The translations under genes were made by a program, and so were the position numbers. The notes beneath the pieces were generated by a model that did not search any database, had not been told where the DNA came from, and worked only from the letters and a program-made list of their open reading frames with translations. A stretch of DNA of 64,000 nt from positions 3,846,001 through 3,910,000 of the forward strand of contig NW_024704743.1 of NCBI RefSeq assembly GCF_018977255.1, given 5' to 3'. This document shows positions 1 to 12,870 of the stretch, in pieces. The stretch is from Callorhinchus milii (Eukaryota). Each line of letters starts with the position of its first letter. Position 1 is the first letter of the stretch.

Positions 1-40
1 GTGGAAAAACACTTCTTGGTGTCTATCTCAAAACTGCTCT

Positions 41-424
41 ATTATAATACAATAATAATAATCATCCTTGCATTTGATACAGCGCCTTATCGCGTAACTG
101 AGACGTCAGAAGATGTTGTAATGTGAATTGGCTGTGGGTGAGAGGTGACAGCCAACTGCAAACAGCAGTGTCCCACAAACAGTTGTGGATTGAATGACCA
201 AGATTTTTTTTTCTGAAGGTATTATTACCCCCGGAAGATGATCCGCCAATCGACTAACAATTGGGTTCCTAATTTACTGCTGGGTAAACAGAGGCGTGTG
301 GAGTAAGGAGACTTGCCTTACTTGCCTTATCTTTGCCTTACCAGCTTCTGCCCTGCCAGGGAATCGACCCCGGGTCCTCTGGCTTGCGAGGCGAGTGCTC
401 TAACCGCTATGCTAGAGGACTCCA
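41..424 (-). mobile_element. tRNA-Ala-derived SINE, long form (head, central domain, partial Deu domain, L2-like tail)
   Basis: Reverse complement reads GGAGTCC.TAGC...GGTTAGAGCACTCGCCTCGCAAG head, GCCTCTGTTTACCCAGCAGTAA central block and TATCAAATGCAAGGA(T-rich) tail, shared with many copies in the window. Confidence 0.9.
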
Positions 425-1251
425 AATGCAATCCTGAGCACGTGTCGTCGTGTCCTGTGCCCGGGCATGCACCAGTATATTATTCTGAGCTTACTTTCTC
501 AATATTATTTAAAATTCTATATATATATATCTCTAAAGTGTCTCCTTCACCATGTCCTGAGAGACACTGAAGGTTCCAAGGAGAGAGAGAGCACAGACGA
601 ACGAACACTGAATGACGCAGAGCGAGGCTGTTACAACGCAGAGCTAGGAATCACTCTTTTTTTTCCAGCCAAAGAATCAGAAATCTGGACACACTGATCT
701 TTGCCATAACCTAGTAACCATGTATTCTTGTACCTGCTGTGATAATCGAGCAGGCTAGGCTCCGAGACAATCAATAAAAGTTCCTTTTTAGCCACGGAGA
801 GAGTGAATCATAAAACGTACCCACAAATCAGAATTTTTTTTTGAAACGGTGGGTGTTGAGACCTGTAAAGGAAGCATCCTCTTACCTGGAGGCTGTGTGC
901 TACCATCTGCTAAGAGTTAGTTTACACTTGTGTCAGGTAATCCACCCTACAACACGTGGCCTCGTTCTTTATCAGCGTGTGGTATTTACACCATTAGAAA
1001 TTCTTGTGGTTCATTTCTATTGCCGTTCAGGTGTACATACTGTGACGTGTCGGCAAGGTGACAAGTTATGCTGAAAGCACTGAACAGCTTGCTGACACGT
1101 ACATTCCCAGGACGCAGCCGTCTAGTGTACTGTCTGAGTACAATAACAATACAATTCATACAGCGCCTTTCGCATCGAGAAGACCTCTCAAAGCTCTATC
1201 GCACTGCTACGCTGGGAGCCCGAGCTGAGGGGAGGAGATTGAAGCCATAGA

Positions 1252-1526
1252 TAATAATAATTATCTTTGCATTTGATATAGCGGCTTATCACGTCGTTGA
1301 GACTTTCTCAAAGCGCTTCACAAAATATAGTGTAAGGTGAATTGATTGTCCATTTTGTGGGCGAAACGCGGCAGTCTATTGTGCACAACAGCGTCCCACA
1401 AACAGTCGTGGATTGAAATGACCAAATTATTATCATTGTTTGCTTTTGAAGGGATTAATTCCGCTTTAACGCGATTCCCCATTCGTCCTAACGACTGGGT
1501 TCCTACTTACTGCTCGGTGAACGGGT
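1252..1526 (-). mobile_element. tRNA-Ala SINE, long form, 5'-truncated
   Basis: Tail, Deu fragment and central block (GGGTTCCTACTTACTGC) match other copies; head missing. Confidence 0.85.
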
Positions 1527-1685
1527 GACCGAAAGCGAGGGTCGAAGAGATAAGCCTTGAGCAGTTTTCTGGGTGCAGTCATCACACCAATTGTGGTCTT
1601 GGACGCTGGGAGTGCCGAGGCAGCCATGGTATACGTGGAGTCAGCTCGTGTCAAGAAAATGATCTTCTTTAGTAATCCATCCTTT

Positions 1686-1850
1686 GGCCTAACGGTCCAC
1701 CGACAAATCTGGGTGGACCTCCTCAAAATCTACCGCACCACTCTAGCCTCGGCCAAGTCGTACTTCTACTCCAGGATAATCCTGGAGGCGAAGAACAACC
1801 ACAGGCTTCTGTTCTCTACCACATCCCGACTCCTCCGCTCCCCCCCCCCC
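1686..1850 (+). mobile_element. L2 LINE ORF2 fragment (between endonuclease and RT)
   Basis: Translation GLTVHRQIWVDLLKIYRTTLASAKSYFYSRIILEAKNNHRLLFSTTSRLL is typical of L2/CR1-group ORF2. Confidence 0.8.
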
Positions 1851-1947
1851 CCCGCCACCCCACGCAGGTCATCTCCTCCAACCTTCACTGCGAGGAGATG
1901 TACTGTAAAGTGTAGTGACTGTGTGATTTTGTGGGTAATTATGAGCC

Positions 1948-2224
1948 TAGCCTCTCAGCCCCTAGGCTCTGGAACTCCATCCCCGAGTGCCTTCACCTTG
2001 CTTCCTCCCTTTCTTCCTTCAAGGCCGGTCTCAAGACCTTTCTGTTTGACCGTGCCTTCAGCTCCCCTCTCGACTCTCTACCCCTCCTCGCTCCCTCCCT
2101 TCCCTCCCCTCACCCTGACCATTTCCCCCCCTGCTCGGGTCCTGACCCAACTGTACAGCGCCTTGGGGCGTCCTCCCGACGTGAAAGGCGCTCTATAAAT
2201 GGAATCTTGTTGTTGTTGTTGTTT
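1948..2224 (+). mobile_element. L2 LINE 3' end
   Basis: SAPRLWNSIP...SFKAGLKTFLFDRAF ORF2 C-terminus, pyrimidine-rich 3'UTR, AGCGCCTT...AAGGCGCT stem and (TTG)n tail. Confidence 0.9.
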
Positions 2225-2679
2225 GACATCTCCTCAGCGATTGTAACAAAGCCGAAGAAACACAACGTGTGGTTTACTTATATTTTAGTGTTGTGGGTTG
2301 CGTGCATACGCACATCTTTTTTTACTATCAGGTTCCGTGATTATAAATAAATTAGTTGAAGGTGAGTCCAAGTTTCAATCCCTTTAGTGTCACTGGTGTG
2401 AAGTGGGCGTCTTATCAGCAATCCTACCATATGTCTGGAGAGTTGACAATAATTGGATATGTCTGAGACCTGCAGGACGACATGCTGTTATTTACACATT
2501 GGGTTAAGTTTGATGTGCATTGATATAGGGAAATAAATACATTTACAGGCAGCGCATTGCGACCATGAAAACTGCAGCATTCGCTGAACCGAAATTCATC
2601 ATTGGAGAGAATGTTTCGATTCGCCATTGGACAGTCTCCGCCAACATTCGGGAAATAGGTTCGACAATGCAACAGTACA

Positions 2680-2975
2680 ATACAAATTTACTTTTACACA
2701 GCGTCTCCAACACCGGGGTGACCTCCCAAAATGCTTGTCACTGCTGACTGGACATCCGAGCTGGGAGCAAGAGCCGAGGGGACCACGAGGAGGAGAAGGA
2801 TGACCAAAGGCAGGGCCAAAAGAGGTGCGTCTTGAGATGGATCGTGACAAGGCAAGCCGGAGGGACTTCAGGAGTGCGTTCCAGAGAACAGGAGTGGAAA
2901 GCTGCCGGCTGATGGTGGGGCAGGTGAAAGAGGACATGGACCAGGCCTGTGCTCAACGAGCGAAGGAAGCGATAG
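2680..2975 (-). mobile_element. Old L2 3' fragment
   Basis: Minus-strand translation contains PVLWNAL...HLKTHLF; degenerate tail. Confidence 0.65.
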
Positions 2976-3321
2976 GGTTACCATTTCATACTGGCTCATA
3001 ATGACAGAAAAATAGTTCGCCAGAGCATTGACAAAAAGGACAACTACTTATTATTTAATAATGTATCCTGTTTAACTTTTTTACATTCCTGGTTTTCTTT
3101 AAAACCCGCCTCAACAAATTTCATCAGTGCCCATACGCCATCCATCAAGTGAATATTCTACACGTTTGGTTGAACGAAGACATCTATCTAATGCTTGTTC
3201 TTAAGGAAACTCTATTAAAAGGTTGCTTAGGATATCAAATAAAATGATGAATTTGATATAAATGGGTATGTCACTTGGTATTCAGTTATTAAGGAAAACC
3301 CAGAATATTCATTTCATCAAA

Positions 3322-3452
3322 TCATAGAATTATACAGCACGGAAGGAGGCCATTCGGCCCATCATATCTGTGCTGGCTTTTTGATAAGAGCTATCCAAGT
3401 CAATCCCACTTCCCCGCGCTCTCCCCATAGCCCTGCAAACTTGTCCTCCCCA
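3322..3452 (-). mobile_element. CR1 LINE 3' end fragment
   Basis: CATAGAAT...GGAGGCCATTCGGCCCATC...GAGCTATCCAA matches the CR1-type 3' terminus also at 22225-22325 and 34640-34770. Confidence 0.7.
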
Positions 3453-3529
3453 TTTTAATATATTGGAATGAAAATGTTTGGATGAATAAATTGAAGATTT
3501 CTGCACTTGGTATAAAACCTAAAACGTTA

Positions 3530-3902
3530 AAATGTCTCAAAGTGCTTCGTTAGTAATTGTTGTTAAATGTAGTGGCTGCGTATTTTGTAGGCAAACACAG
3601 CAATTATTTTGTGCACAGCAATGTCCCACAAATAGACATGCAGTAATTGATCAATTTATCTGGGAAATTGTTGGCCAGGAAACCAGGACAAACATCCTTC
3701 CCTTTATGGATTGGGTTAGAGGTGCTTTAAAAGCCACATGAACTGTCAGATGGAACTTCAGTTTAATGTCTCATCCAATTGATGGGACCTCTGACAATAC
3801 AGCATTCCCCCAGTTTAATTGCGAACTCATAATCCTGACTGTTGAACTCACAACCTTCTAACCAAGAGGTAAGTCTGCCAACAGCTGAGCCAAACCGACA
3901 CC
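3530..3902 (-). mobile_element. Old DeuSINE-type SINE (full Deu domain)
   Basis: Reverse complement has a GGCTCAG-type head, Deu core (GATGAGACATTAAAC...CCTGGCCAACAAT) and GGGACATTGCTGTGCAC block. Confidence 0.8.
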
Positions 3903-4775
3903 TAAGTTACACTTTGTAAACATTTACAGATTTATTAAAGAATAAATAATTCATAAATTGTTCTACGGTGTCAAATGCATACTTGCGGCTTAAAATAGTC
4001 GGGCGCAAACAATATTCCATTGTCACATACATTTTACGGTGGCACATCTATCAACTGTTCAAACATTGATCTCCATGTTCCAGCGCAAGCATTAGGACAT
4101 TGTAGTCAATAATATGGCCAAAAGCCAGACTCAGTCCGTCTTTCTTTCACCTCTGGCCCATGATAGACATGCGGGTCAGTCTTTGGACTACTATTCCCAT
4201 TCTATCCACCTGTGAGGTGCTACTAGACACCAATCTATTGCAATTACTGTGCACTCAATAGTTGTTGAGTATTATGTCTGAGGTGCTCAGGAGTTAGTTA
4301 GGCTTTGCTGTAGGGGGAAGTATTTGAAATATCAAGTGCTCCTTTCTATTATTAGAAGTCATTAAAAGTCCGTTCCTACCTCTTAAAATAAATCCGATAT
4401 TTAATCTCTCTGCCTCCAGTCTCCTGCAGACTTTCTATTCTAAGTCAAACTTGAGAAGAACTTCTCAGTTGGTGTCAAAGGCAGATTCTTCAGCGAGTGT
4501 GTCTCATGGCGATAAAAGGGATCGGCATCTTATTCAGTCCTGGATTCTGTTAGGAGCCAAAAGCAATTTTGAACCTGTGTATTAATGGAAAGGAATAGTG
4601 ACCAATGTTCACGCTCTGGCTGTTGACAGACCTATCCCCAGCATCAGAGGGCCATCACCTTTCTGAATTAGAGATGCTCGGAAAGCTGAAGGCAAGGGGA
4701 TTAAGACATCAAGTCCTGGCGAGATCTAACTGTCTTCGGCTGAATGTTGACAAGCCAGAGTCTCCCGCTGCTTGG

Positions 4776-5062
4776 AATATACTGTAAAGTGAATTGACTG
4801 TATATTTTGTGGGCGAAACGCGGCAGCCAATTTCGCACAGCAGTGTCCCTGCAAACAGTCGTGGATTGAGTGACCAATTTATTATTATTATTATTTTTAA
4901 TTTTTTAAGGAATTATTACCCCCTCCGGAAAAGCGATCCGCCAATCGACTAACAACCCGGTTCCTACTTACCGCTAGGCAAACAGAGGCGTAAGGAAACT
5001 TGCCCAACATTTTTCCCGGCCCGGGAATTGAACCTAAGTTCCTATCACTTGCGAGGCGAGTA
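4776..5062 (-). mobile_element. tRNA-Ala SINE, long form, partial
   Basis: Deu fragment, central block and part of head match the family consensus. Confidence 0.85.
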
Positions 5063-5149
5063 ATACATGGATGCATGGCAATTCCCCCACGTGATGGATT
5101 GACCCTTTTCTCAGCCATGTAGGCAGGAGCAGGTGATTAGTACTGGATC

Positions 5150-5490
5150 GGCTGTAAAGTGTTTTCTGTTGGCTAATGCGTGGCAGACGATTTGCGCCCA
5201 ACAGCGTCCCACAATCAGCCATGAAGTGACTGACCAATTTTATCTTGAGGATTGTTGACCAGACACCAGGCGAAACTTCTTTTTTCGAACAGTGCCATGG
5301 GATCTTTAACAGCCGCCTGAACAGGCGGATGGGTTTATTGTCCCATCCAAAGGCCGGCACCTCCTACAATACAGCACATTGCCAGGACTGCAATGGAGTA
5401 TCAACATAGATTACATGAGTTCCACATCCCTGACGTGGGGCTTGAACCCACAACCTTCTCACTCAGAGGCGAGAGGGGCTGAAGGGCACT
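5150..5490 (-). mobile_element. Old DeuSINE-type SINE
   Basis: GTGCCATGGGATCTTTAAC...CCTGAACAGGC and TGGGGCTTGAACCCACAACCTTCT.ACTCAGAGGCGAGAG blocks. Confidence 0.85.
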
Positions 5491-5595
5491 ATGGAATACT
5501 GCCATTACGTCCTGCAGCGTATTGTTTGGAGCAATCGCCTCGCAAGCAAGAGGACCTGGGTTTGATTCCAAGACAGGATGAAATCTTAAAGGGAG

Positions 5596-6034
<439 letters not shown>

Positions 6035-6099
6035 AAGTGGGGAAATGGATTAGATAGCACCAGTAAGGGACCCAGCATCAACACAAGCATAAAACTTTC

Positions 6100-6520
6100 T
6101 CTACGACGACAACAACAACAATTACAACAAATTGCTTTGATAGAGCGCCTTTCATGTAGCGTACTGGAGAGCTGAACAACGATGGAATTTCACGCAGAGC
6201 CAAGGAGAAAGAGGAGGTGTCCATAGGCGCAGTCAAGGAGGAAAATCTTCAGGTGAGATCCGAACAACGACAACAACCACAACAGAATTGCATTTGTAAA
6301 GCACCTTTCACGTCGGGAGGATGTCCCAAGGCACTGAAGATAGGCAAGGAGGGAGTAAGGTGGAGCGATTGAGGCAGGGAGCTACGGAGGTTCGGGGAAT
6401 AGAGGCCGAAAGACAAGGCAGAGCAGAGGGGTCAAGGGACCATGCGGAAGGACTGAGCCGGCTGGACGAAGGGGGTCGACAGGGAGTAGGGTGCGAGCAG
6501 GTCCGTCCGTAGTGGGAGGG
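6100..6520 (-). mobile_element. L2 3' fragments (two tails)
   Basis: (CAA)n tails followed by AGCGCCTTTCATGT and GCACCTTTCACGTCGGGAGGATGTCCCAAGGCACT. Confidence 0.7.
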
Positions 6521-6779
6521 AAGCGTTAGGGCGTGAAATGATCGGTAGGATTAGTGTGAGGATCAACTTCCACGAAAGGGGAGTCGGGGCAAAAGAATGA
6601 GTTGAAAATCAGCGACGCAGGTTCACAAGAGAAAGAATTGCTCATTCTTTCAACACCATTCCGTCATTCAGCAGAGCTTTGGCACGAACAAGGATACGTT
6701 CGCTGACTACTACTTAAGCATTTTGCTGGGTTTAAAAATAAAAGTGACTGTAAACAACCCACCGGAAGAAACACGAGAG

Positions 6780-7095
6780 ATGAAACCATCTGTTTGACTT
6801 TACAACAAACAAAAGTCCCCTGTAACTCTGCTGCTCGGAGGCTGAATGACTGAGACCCTCAGGGGAGGTGTTGCATTGTGGTGCCTCTGTGATGTGCAGA
6901 GGGCTCAGCTGCGCAATTCTCTGTCGAGATCTCACATGCCTTCCTCGCGGTGAGAGCTGTGAGCCGCAGCTTCTTCCAGCGAGCGGGCCGGATAAGCACC
7001 TGAGCTGCAGTGCGTGTGTGTGTGTAAAAAAAACTCCACAAACATTTAAGGGAAGCTGGAAAGTCAGATTGAGTAAAAAAAGGAAGTGATGTTGA
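6780..7095. promoter_or_regulatory. Candidate haematopoietic-type enhancer
   Basis: RUNX TGTGGT 6877, E-boxes 6906 and 6997, GATAAG 6991, PU.1/ETS AAAAAAAGGAAGTG 7075-7088, in unique DNA. Confidence 0.3.
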
Positions 7096-7149
7096 AAAAG
7101 TGCAGGAACAAGAAGAAGCGAAGGCACGATGGGTCAAACGTGCGCAATT

Positions 7150-7375
7150 ATTCCAGGACAGCTTTCTCCCCGGGCTCCTGGCCAACGATCCCCCGAATTA
7201 AATGGGTCATTCACTTCATAGCTGTTTGTGGGACATCACTGTGCGCAATTGGGCTGCTGCGTTAGCCTACAAATACACAGTCACTCTACAGTATATCCTG
7301 TGAAGCGCTTTGAGACGTCTCGAAGACGTGATAAGGCGCTATATCAAATGCAAGGATTATTATCATCATTATTAT
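7150..7375 (+). mobile_element. Deu-domain SINE 3' half
   Basis: CCTGGCCAACGAT...GGGACATCACTGTGCGCAATT...GAGACGTCTCGAAGACGTGATAAGGCGCT tail. Confidence 0.85.
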
Positions 7376-7389
7376 CAAGCTGTAATTTT

Positions 7390-7670
7390 TAAAAATAAGC
7401 TCAATGTCCTGGCCTCAAACACCCTGACTGGCAACCTGTTTCAGTCGTTAGTTACCCTCTGGGAAAAGAATAGCTTGCTCTTATCTGTTCCGAAGCTGTT
7501 CTTTGAAACTGTACACCTGCGTCCTCTTGTTCTACTGTCTTGTTACATCCTAAAATATTGAAAATGTTATCCACCTCTTGAAGGTTCCCTCTGAGAGACT
7601 TTCTCTCCAAACTGAAGGGACCTCGGTTGTCTAATCATTGCTCATAGTTCATTCCTCTGACACTGGGGCA
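7390..7670 (-). mobile_element. CR1 ORF2 C-terminal/3' fragment
   Basis: Reverse complement resembles CR1 3' coding region (FFSQRVTN.WN.LP-type motif). Confidence 0.6.
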
Positions 7671-8544
7671 TGTTAAACATTGGTGTTTGTCAAAAGAAAA
7701 CCTCAGTGACAATAAAAACTGAAACCTTTATCGTGCCACGTGTCCCCTTGTAAAATGAAAGATGTATATCACCAGTAAAAAAGAACAAACTGCTCAAAAA
7801 ACAAATGAGATTCTATTATCAACATCTGTATAAAATCTCACTCTGTAAATCTTCCGAAACCTGGCCTTGTTCATTACTAGTACAGACATTTAAGATCTGT
7901 AAAAATCTGTTACTGTCTTGTCATGGACCATTTAATCTGACGTAGCATAAAATCTTCACTCGCACCAGATGTAAATCAGTTATGCGAGTCTAAACTGGGC
8001 TTGTGACACGATACAAGAGTTGCTGCGATGAATGGCTGGTTACAAAGGCCTATTTAAAGCCATGTCTTGTCTCCTGCAAATATCTTGTCAGTTTCTGAAT
8101 CAGCCAACTGCAGAGCTTTGTGCGAGTTAATTGGTTAACAGGTCTATCAGAAACTATATCAGATGCTATGGAACTTGGACATAACCTGCGCGAAAACCGA
8201 CAACAGCTTTAATAATGAAGAATAACGATGAACATCTGATAATATCCAGATGGCACCCAGTCACAGCAAACAGGCAATAAATAAGTCCTTAACCCACCCT
8301 CCCCCCACCACCAACCTTCATTGTTTGGTTAAGATTGCCTCTCTGACAAGCCTTGTTTTGCGAAATTATAGAACCAGCGTGGTCGTGGTTTCGAAAGATA
8401 ATCTGTCATTTTGTTTGGTTTCACTTTCGCGACAGGAAGAACCTGTGAAGAAACTTTTCACAGGAGGCGAAATTGTCCGGGTTGGACCCATGGCACAGCA
8501 GATTGCACGTCCGTTGTCGTCTAACAGGAAGGACTGGTCAGGTT

Positions 8545-8930
8545 GGCTGGGCTGAGTTGGTAGCGCTCCCACCATCGAGTCAGAATGGCGTGGCTTCAAA
8601 CCCATCTTCGATAGTTTTGAGTTAACATTCCAGCTGATGCACAAATAGACTGGAACTGCACCGCATTGTTGGATGTGCCGTCCTTCAGATGAGACGCTAA
8701 ACAGATGGATGTCACAGATCCCAGGACGTGACTCAAAAATAAAAAGGAGTTTATCCCAGTATCCTGGCTAACAATCACCCAAATAAAATTGGTCATTTCA
8801 CCTCAAAGCTGCTTTGGGGCACTGCGGAGCTGTGTTTGCCTACAAAATATACAGTCACTAAACTTTACGGTATGTCCTGTGAAGCACTTTGAGACTTCCC
8901 GATGTGGTGGGTACTATATAAAATGTAAAT
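8545..8930 (+). mobile_element. Old DeuSINE-type SINE
   Basis: GGCTGAGTTGGTAGCGCTC...GAGTCAGAA head, GTGCCGTCCTTCAGATGAGACG Deu core, TGTGAAGCACTTTGAGAC tail. Confidence 0.85.
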
Positions 8931-9099
8931 GCAATGCAGGGTCGAAATGGAGTTCTGTTATTTCCATCCGTCCGTATGTTTCTGTGATTCAGGAGTGACA
9001 AAAGGAAGGCATTGAGGCGAAATAGGACCTATGGATGGGAACATGGTTAGAGAACATGCCTTGAGAATTGGAGGGTAGATAGGACTCTGTGGTTCAGTG

Positions 9100-9452
9100 T
9101 TGTCTCCCTACCAACCTGCCCGCTCCCTCCGTTCAGCGGGCTCCGGTCTGCTCCATGTATCCCGCCCGACCCGCCCTACAATCGGTGGCCGAGCTTTCAG
9201 CCTCTCTGCCCTCACACTCTGGAACTCCTCCCACAGTCCCTTCGCCTCGCTTCCTCCCTCGCCTCCTTCAAGGCCGGTCTCAAGACCCTCGTCTTCGATC
9301 GTACCTTTTGGTCGCCCTCCCACCTCTCTGCTTTCCCTCACCCCTCCCCCACCCCTCCCCCATGCTCGGGGCCTGACCCCTGACTGTCCAGCGCCCCGGG
9401 ACATCCTCCCAACGTGAAAGGCGCTCTATAAATGTAATGTTGTTGTTGTTGT
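9100..9452 (+). mobile_element. L2 LINE 3' end
   Basis: LSPYQPARSLRSAGSGLLHVSRPTRPTIGGRAFSLSALTLWNS; stem-loop and (TTG)n tail. Confidence 0.9.
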
Positions 9453-9719
9453 CTTACAGTATCTGTGGCTGGAGATAGGCACATGGTATTAGACCATCTT
9501 AAAATCACAGAATTGTATTAAATACCATGCTGTTGGTGGCCTAAGTCGTATTTAATATTATTCTGTGATTCTCCTCCTCCTACCGTACCCCTTGGCCCGC
9601 CCCCTCTGTTCAGCTAACTCGGGTTTACTGCACATTCCCCCCACTCCTCTGTTAAAAGAATGGACTATGAGCAACGAATAGACAAGCTGAGGCTCTTCAG
9701 TCTTGAGAGAAGATCTTTG

Positions 9720-9820
9720 TAAACCTGGGCCTAATACTCTCTGGAGTTAAGCATGGTGCATCCCTTCGTGGAGAGCGGGGGCTTTCCTTCTAGACACAGG
9801 GAAATTTCCAAGTTTGGGCA
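9720..9820 (-). mobile_element. Fragment of unclassified interspersed repeat (family X)
   Basis: Reverse complement GGAAATTTCCC...CTCTCCAC...CAGAGAGTATTAGGCCCAGGTTT aligns to 52050-52131. Confidence 0.6.
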
Positions 9821-9829
9821 TAAATATAT

Positions 9830-10035
9830 AATAACAATAATAGTAAGCCTTGCATTTGATATAGCACCTTATGATGCCTTCGAGACGTCTCAAACTTCTT
9901 CACAGAATATAGTGTAAAGTGAATTGACTGTGTATTTTGTGGGCGAAACACTGCAGCCAATTGCGCACGGCAGCGTCCCCACAAATTGAGTGACCAATTT
10001 ATTATTGCTATTTTTTGAAGGAAATATTACCCGTG
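9830..10035 (-). mobile_element. tRNA-Ala SINE 3' part
   Basis: Tail and Deu fragment match the family. Confidence 0.85.
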
Positions 10036-10584
10036 GAACATGTGGAACTCTCGGTACGGTTTAGATACTCTTAAGCATGATGATGGGTTTGCCCATGTGT
10101 CAGACATTCAGTTGACCGCCCCCCAAAATGGGAAACAGATTAAGAAAAAATGGTGGATTTGTTGATATTTGTAGAGATAAGAAAATCACGATCTGAGTGA
10201 AAAGCTTCAGTCATTCACCAGAGTGGCGGCATTACGCAAACTATGTAATTTTGTAATGTACATTTAATGCAATAGAAAGAGATGGAAAAAAATAATGTTC
10301 CTCACACTTGAAGGGGCGATCAGCTCATATTTTCACAGTTCTATTCCTTTCATTGGCAAGGAGAAATCTTTCATCGGCCACTTTAAACTAAATGTAAAAC
10401 TCTTTGATCCCTGGCTGTACTAAATACATAATCAGGCCAATTATTACTTATATTATGGCTTGGAAACAGTCAGTTGGTACGTTTCAAGCTTACTACACTG
10501 CACGTTATTATTTAACTATAAAAGCAATATTTTATGATTGACAACCCTACAAATGCCCGTGTTTTGTTTAAAAAAACATCATTT

Positions 10585-10912
10585 GTGGAGTCCTGTAGCT
10601 CAGTGGTTAGAGCACTCGCTTTGCAAGTGAGAGACCTGAGTTCAATTCCAGTCAGGGCGAAACCTTGGGCAAGTTTCCTTACTCCACACGCCTAATAATA
10701 ATCCCTCCAAAAAACCCAAAACAATAATAAATTGGTCATTTTCAATCTACGACTGTTTGTGGGACATTGCTGTGCGCAATTGGCTGCCGCGTTCGCCCAC
10801 AAATATACAGTCAATTCACTTTACAGTATATTCTGTGAAGCGCTTTGGGACGTCCTCCCGACGTGAAAAGCGCTATATCAAATGCAAGGATTATTATTAT
10901 TATTATTATTAT
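10585..10912 (+). mobile_element. Young short-form tRNA-Ala SINE, full length
   Basis: A box TAGCTCAGTGG, B box GTTCAATTCC, Deu block GGGACATTGCTGTGCGCAATTGGCTGCCGCG, L2-matching stem-loop, (TTA)n. Confidence 0.95.
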
Positions 10913-10999
10913 AGAACGGATCGAATGGATCTGAGACAACTTGATGTGATAAATCACCAAATGGATCCTCACATTTGTCTAGAAATCCCTTCACAACCT

Positions 11000-11285
11000 G
11001 GCATCTCCCTACTTCTCCGACCTGCTCACTCCCCAATCCCGTCGCCGGCCTTCTGCACGTCCCTCATCCCTCCGTTCCACCATCGGCGCCCATGCCTTCA
11101 ACCGCTTCACCCCAAAACTCTGGAGGCCTGTCCCTCAACTCCTCCACCTTTCCCCTTTCTTCCCCATTTACCTCGCCCCTTCGCCCCACGGGCTCGTCAT
11201 CAGGCTCCGCCACCGTTAAGCGCGCTGAGGCCCACTTTTGCACGAAGGGCGCTAAATAAATGCGAGTTGTTGCCGTTGTTGCGTA
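11000..11285 (+). mobile_element. L2 3' fragment (divergent subfamily)
   Basis: AGLLHVP...PKLW motifs; AGCGCGCT...GGGCGCT tail with GTT repeats. Confidence 0.7.
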
Positions 11286-11975
11286 AAATGGCTGCCGTGT
11301 TTGCCCATCATTCAAAAAATAAGCCACTTGTCAGTAATCATCTGCGAAGCAATTTGAGACAACTTGCATGGAATAAATCACCAAGTCAATGCCAATTCAA
11401 TTTCACTGGTGTTCCAGTATGGAAGCCGTGAATTCGGAAATGATAACTTTGCACCATCCCCACAATCGTTTCACTGCAGCGTATTTCGTATGAAAGCCTT
11501 ACCCTCGAGAGTGAAATATTTCCTCTGCTGCCCATGTTGTTCTTACTCCACCAGTGATTTGATGTAATATTTATGTATCTTGCTCTGCTTCTTGCTGAGG
11601 TTACCAAGTCAAGTCCCTGGTGCTATCTGATACATAGGTCTCTTGTTCAGCAGAGGTGAGTCACTGCACATCTCTGTACTTCTCTATTTCCTCTCCCTCT
11701 AACAACATGTTTCAGACAGTCTAATAGTTAAGGGAATTTGGCGAAAGGTCCTGCTTTGATTTACATGGGTCACTGTGTCAGCTCTTGTCTGTTGCTCAGG
11801 GGATATGTTCTGCACAACATCAAAGCTGAAGTGTCTATTCATCTTCACATGAAGTGAGTGTGATGTCTTAGTGCAACTAAAGTACTTGTATTTTATAATC
11901 CTTGCATTTAGGTAACCCCGTGACTTGTCGTGGTAATTGGTTGGGAGGCAGGAAACAGAGAGTAGAGATAAAGGG

Positions 11976-12545
11976 AACAACAACAACCACACAAAAAAAA
12001 TGTTGTTTGTATAGCGCCTTTCACATCGGGAGGACGTCCCAAAGCGCTGGACATTCAGTGTTTCGGATCAGAGCTGGGGTGTCGGGTTTGGGCGGAGGGG
12101 GTGGAAAGGAGGGTGATCGAAAGCACGGTCGAAGAGGAGGGTCTTGAGATGGTTCTCGAAGGAGCCAAGGGAGGGGTCGAGGCGGAGGGACTGCGGGATG
12201 GAGTTTCAGAGGGTGGGGGAAGAGTGGCAGAAAGCCCGCCCGCCATTGGTGGGGCGAGTGTGGCGGGGAACACGGGTGAAGCAGGCTGGAACCTGCTGAG
12301 TGGAGGGAACGGGCAGGGTGGTAGGCGGTTTAGGAGGTCACAGAGTACGTGAGGCCATGGAGGGCTTTGAAGGTGAAGACCAGGATCTTGAACTGTATCT
12401 TCTGTGTGATGGGAAGCCAGTGGAGTCGGGCGAGGATGGGGGTGTTAGGGTGACGGAGTTTGGTGCGGGAGAGGACACGGGCTGCAGAGTTATGGATGAT
12501 CTGCAGCCTGCGGAGGGAGGAGTTGGGGAGTTTGGATAGTCAAGT
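11976..12545 (-). mobile_element. L2 LINE, RT C-terminal region to 3' end
   Basis: Minus-strand translation LPNSSLRRLQIIHNSAARVLSRTKLRHPNTPILARLHWLP...FKILVFTFKALHG, then tail. Confidence 0.92.
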
Positions 12546-12659
12546 GGGATGTTATGAATGGTGTATGAGGGTTTCGGTGGCCTGCGGCGTGAGACAGGGG
12601 CGGGGTCAGGCGATGGTGCGGAGTTGAGGGAACATTCTCTGATTGGCGGGACGTGACAA

Positions 12660-12870
12660 GCGGTGCTTCCCAGGGGTCTGTACTGGGGCCTCATCTTCTC
12701 ACCACTTGGAGGAAGGAATAGCGAGTTTTATATCAGCATTTGTAGATGATACAAAGTTAGCAGGCACAGTAAATTGTGTAGGTGGTGGGAGCAATAAATT
12801 ACGAAGGGAATTAGATAGATTAAGTGAGTGGGCAAAACTGTGGCAGATGGAATTCAATGTGTGATGTCAT
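12660..12870 (+). mobile_element. CR1 LINE reverse-transcriptase fragment
   Basis: PQGSVLGP motif and ISAFVDDTKL...LDRLSEWAKLWQMEFNV. Confidence 0.9.

Noticed and set aside
1557..2198. 213-aa ORF
   Set aside because: Chimera of unique DNA, an L2 ORF2 piece and off-frame L2 3' end.
10585..10660. tRNA-Ala-like sequence (also at other SINE heads)
   Set aside because: D, anticodon and T arms are present but there is no acceptor-stem closure, and it continues into SINE body in many copies; not a tRNA gene.
10757..11431. 224-aa ORF and recurring [14 protein letters not shown]... ORFs
   Set aside because: Read-through of SINE and L2 sequence; recurrence reflects repeat copies, not a gene family.
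11560..11662. Strong donor CAGAG|GTGAGT at ~11656
   Set aside because: No convincing acceptor or reading frame; a non-coding exon cannot be supported without RNA data.
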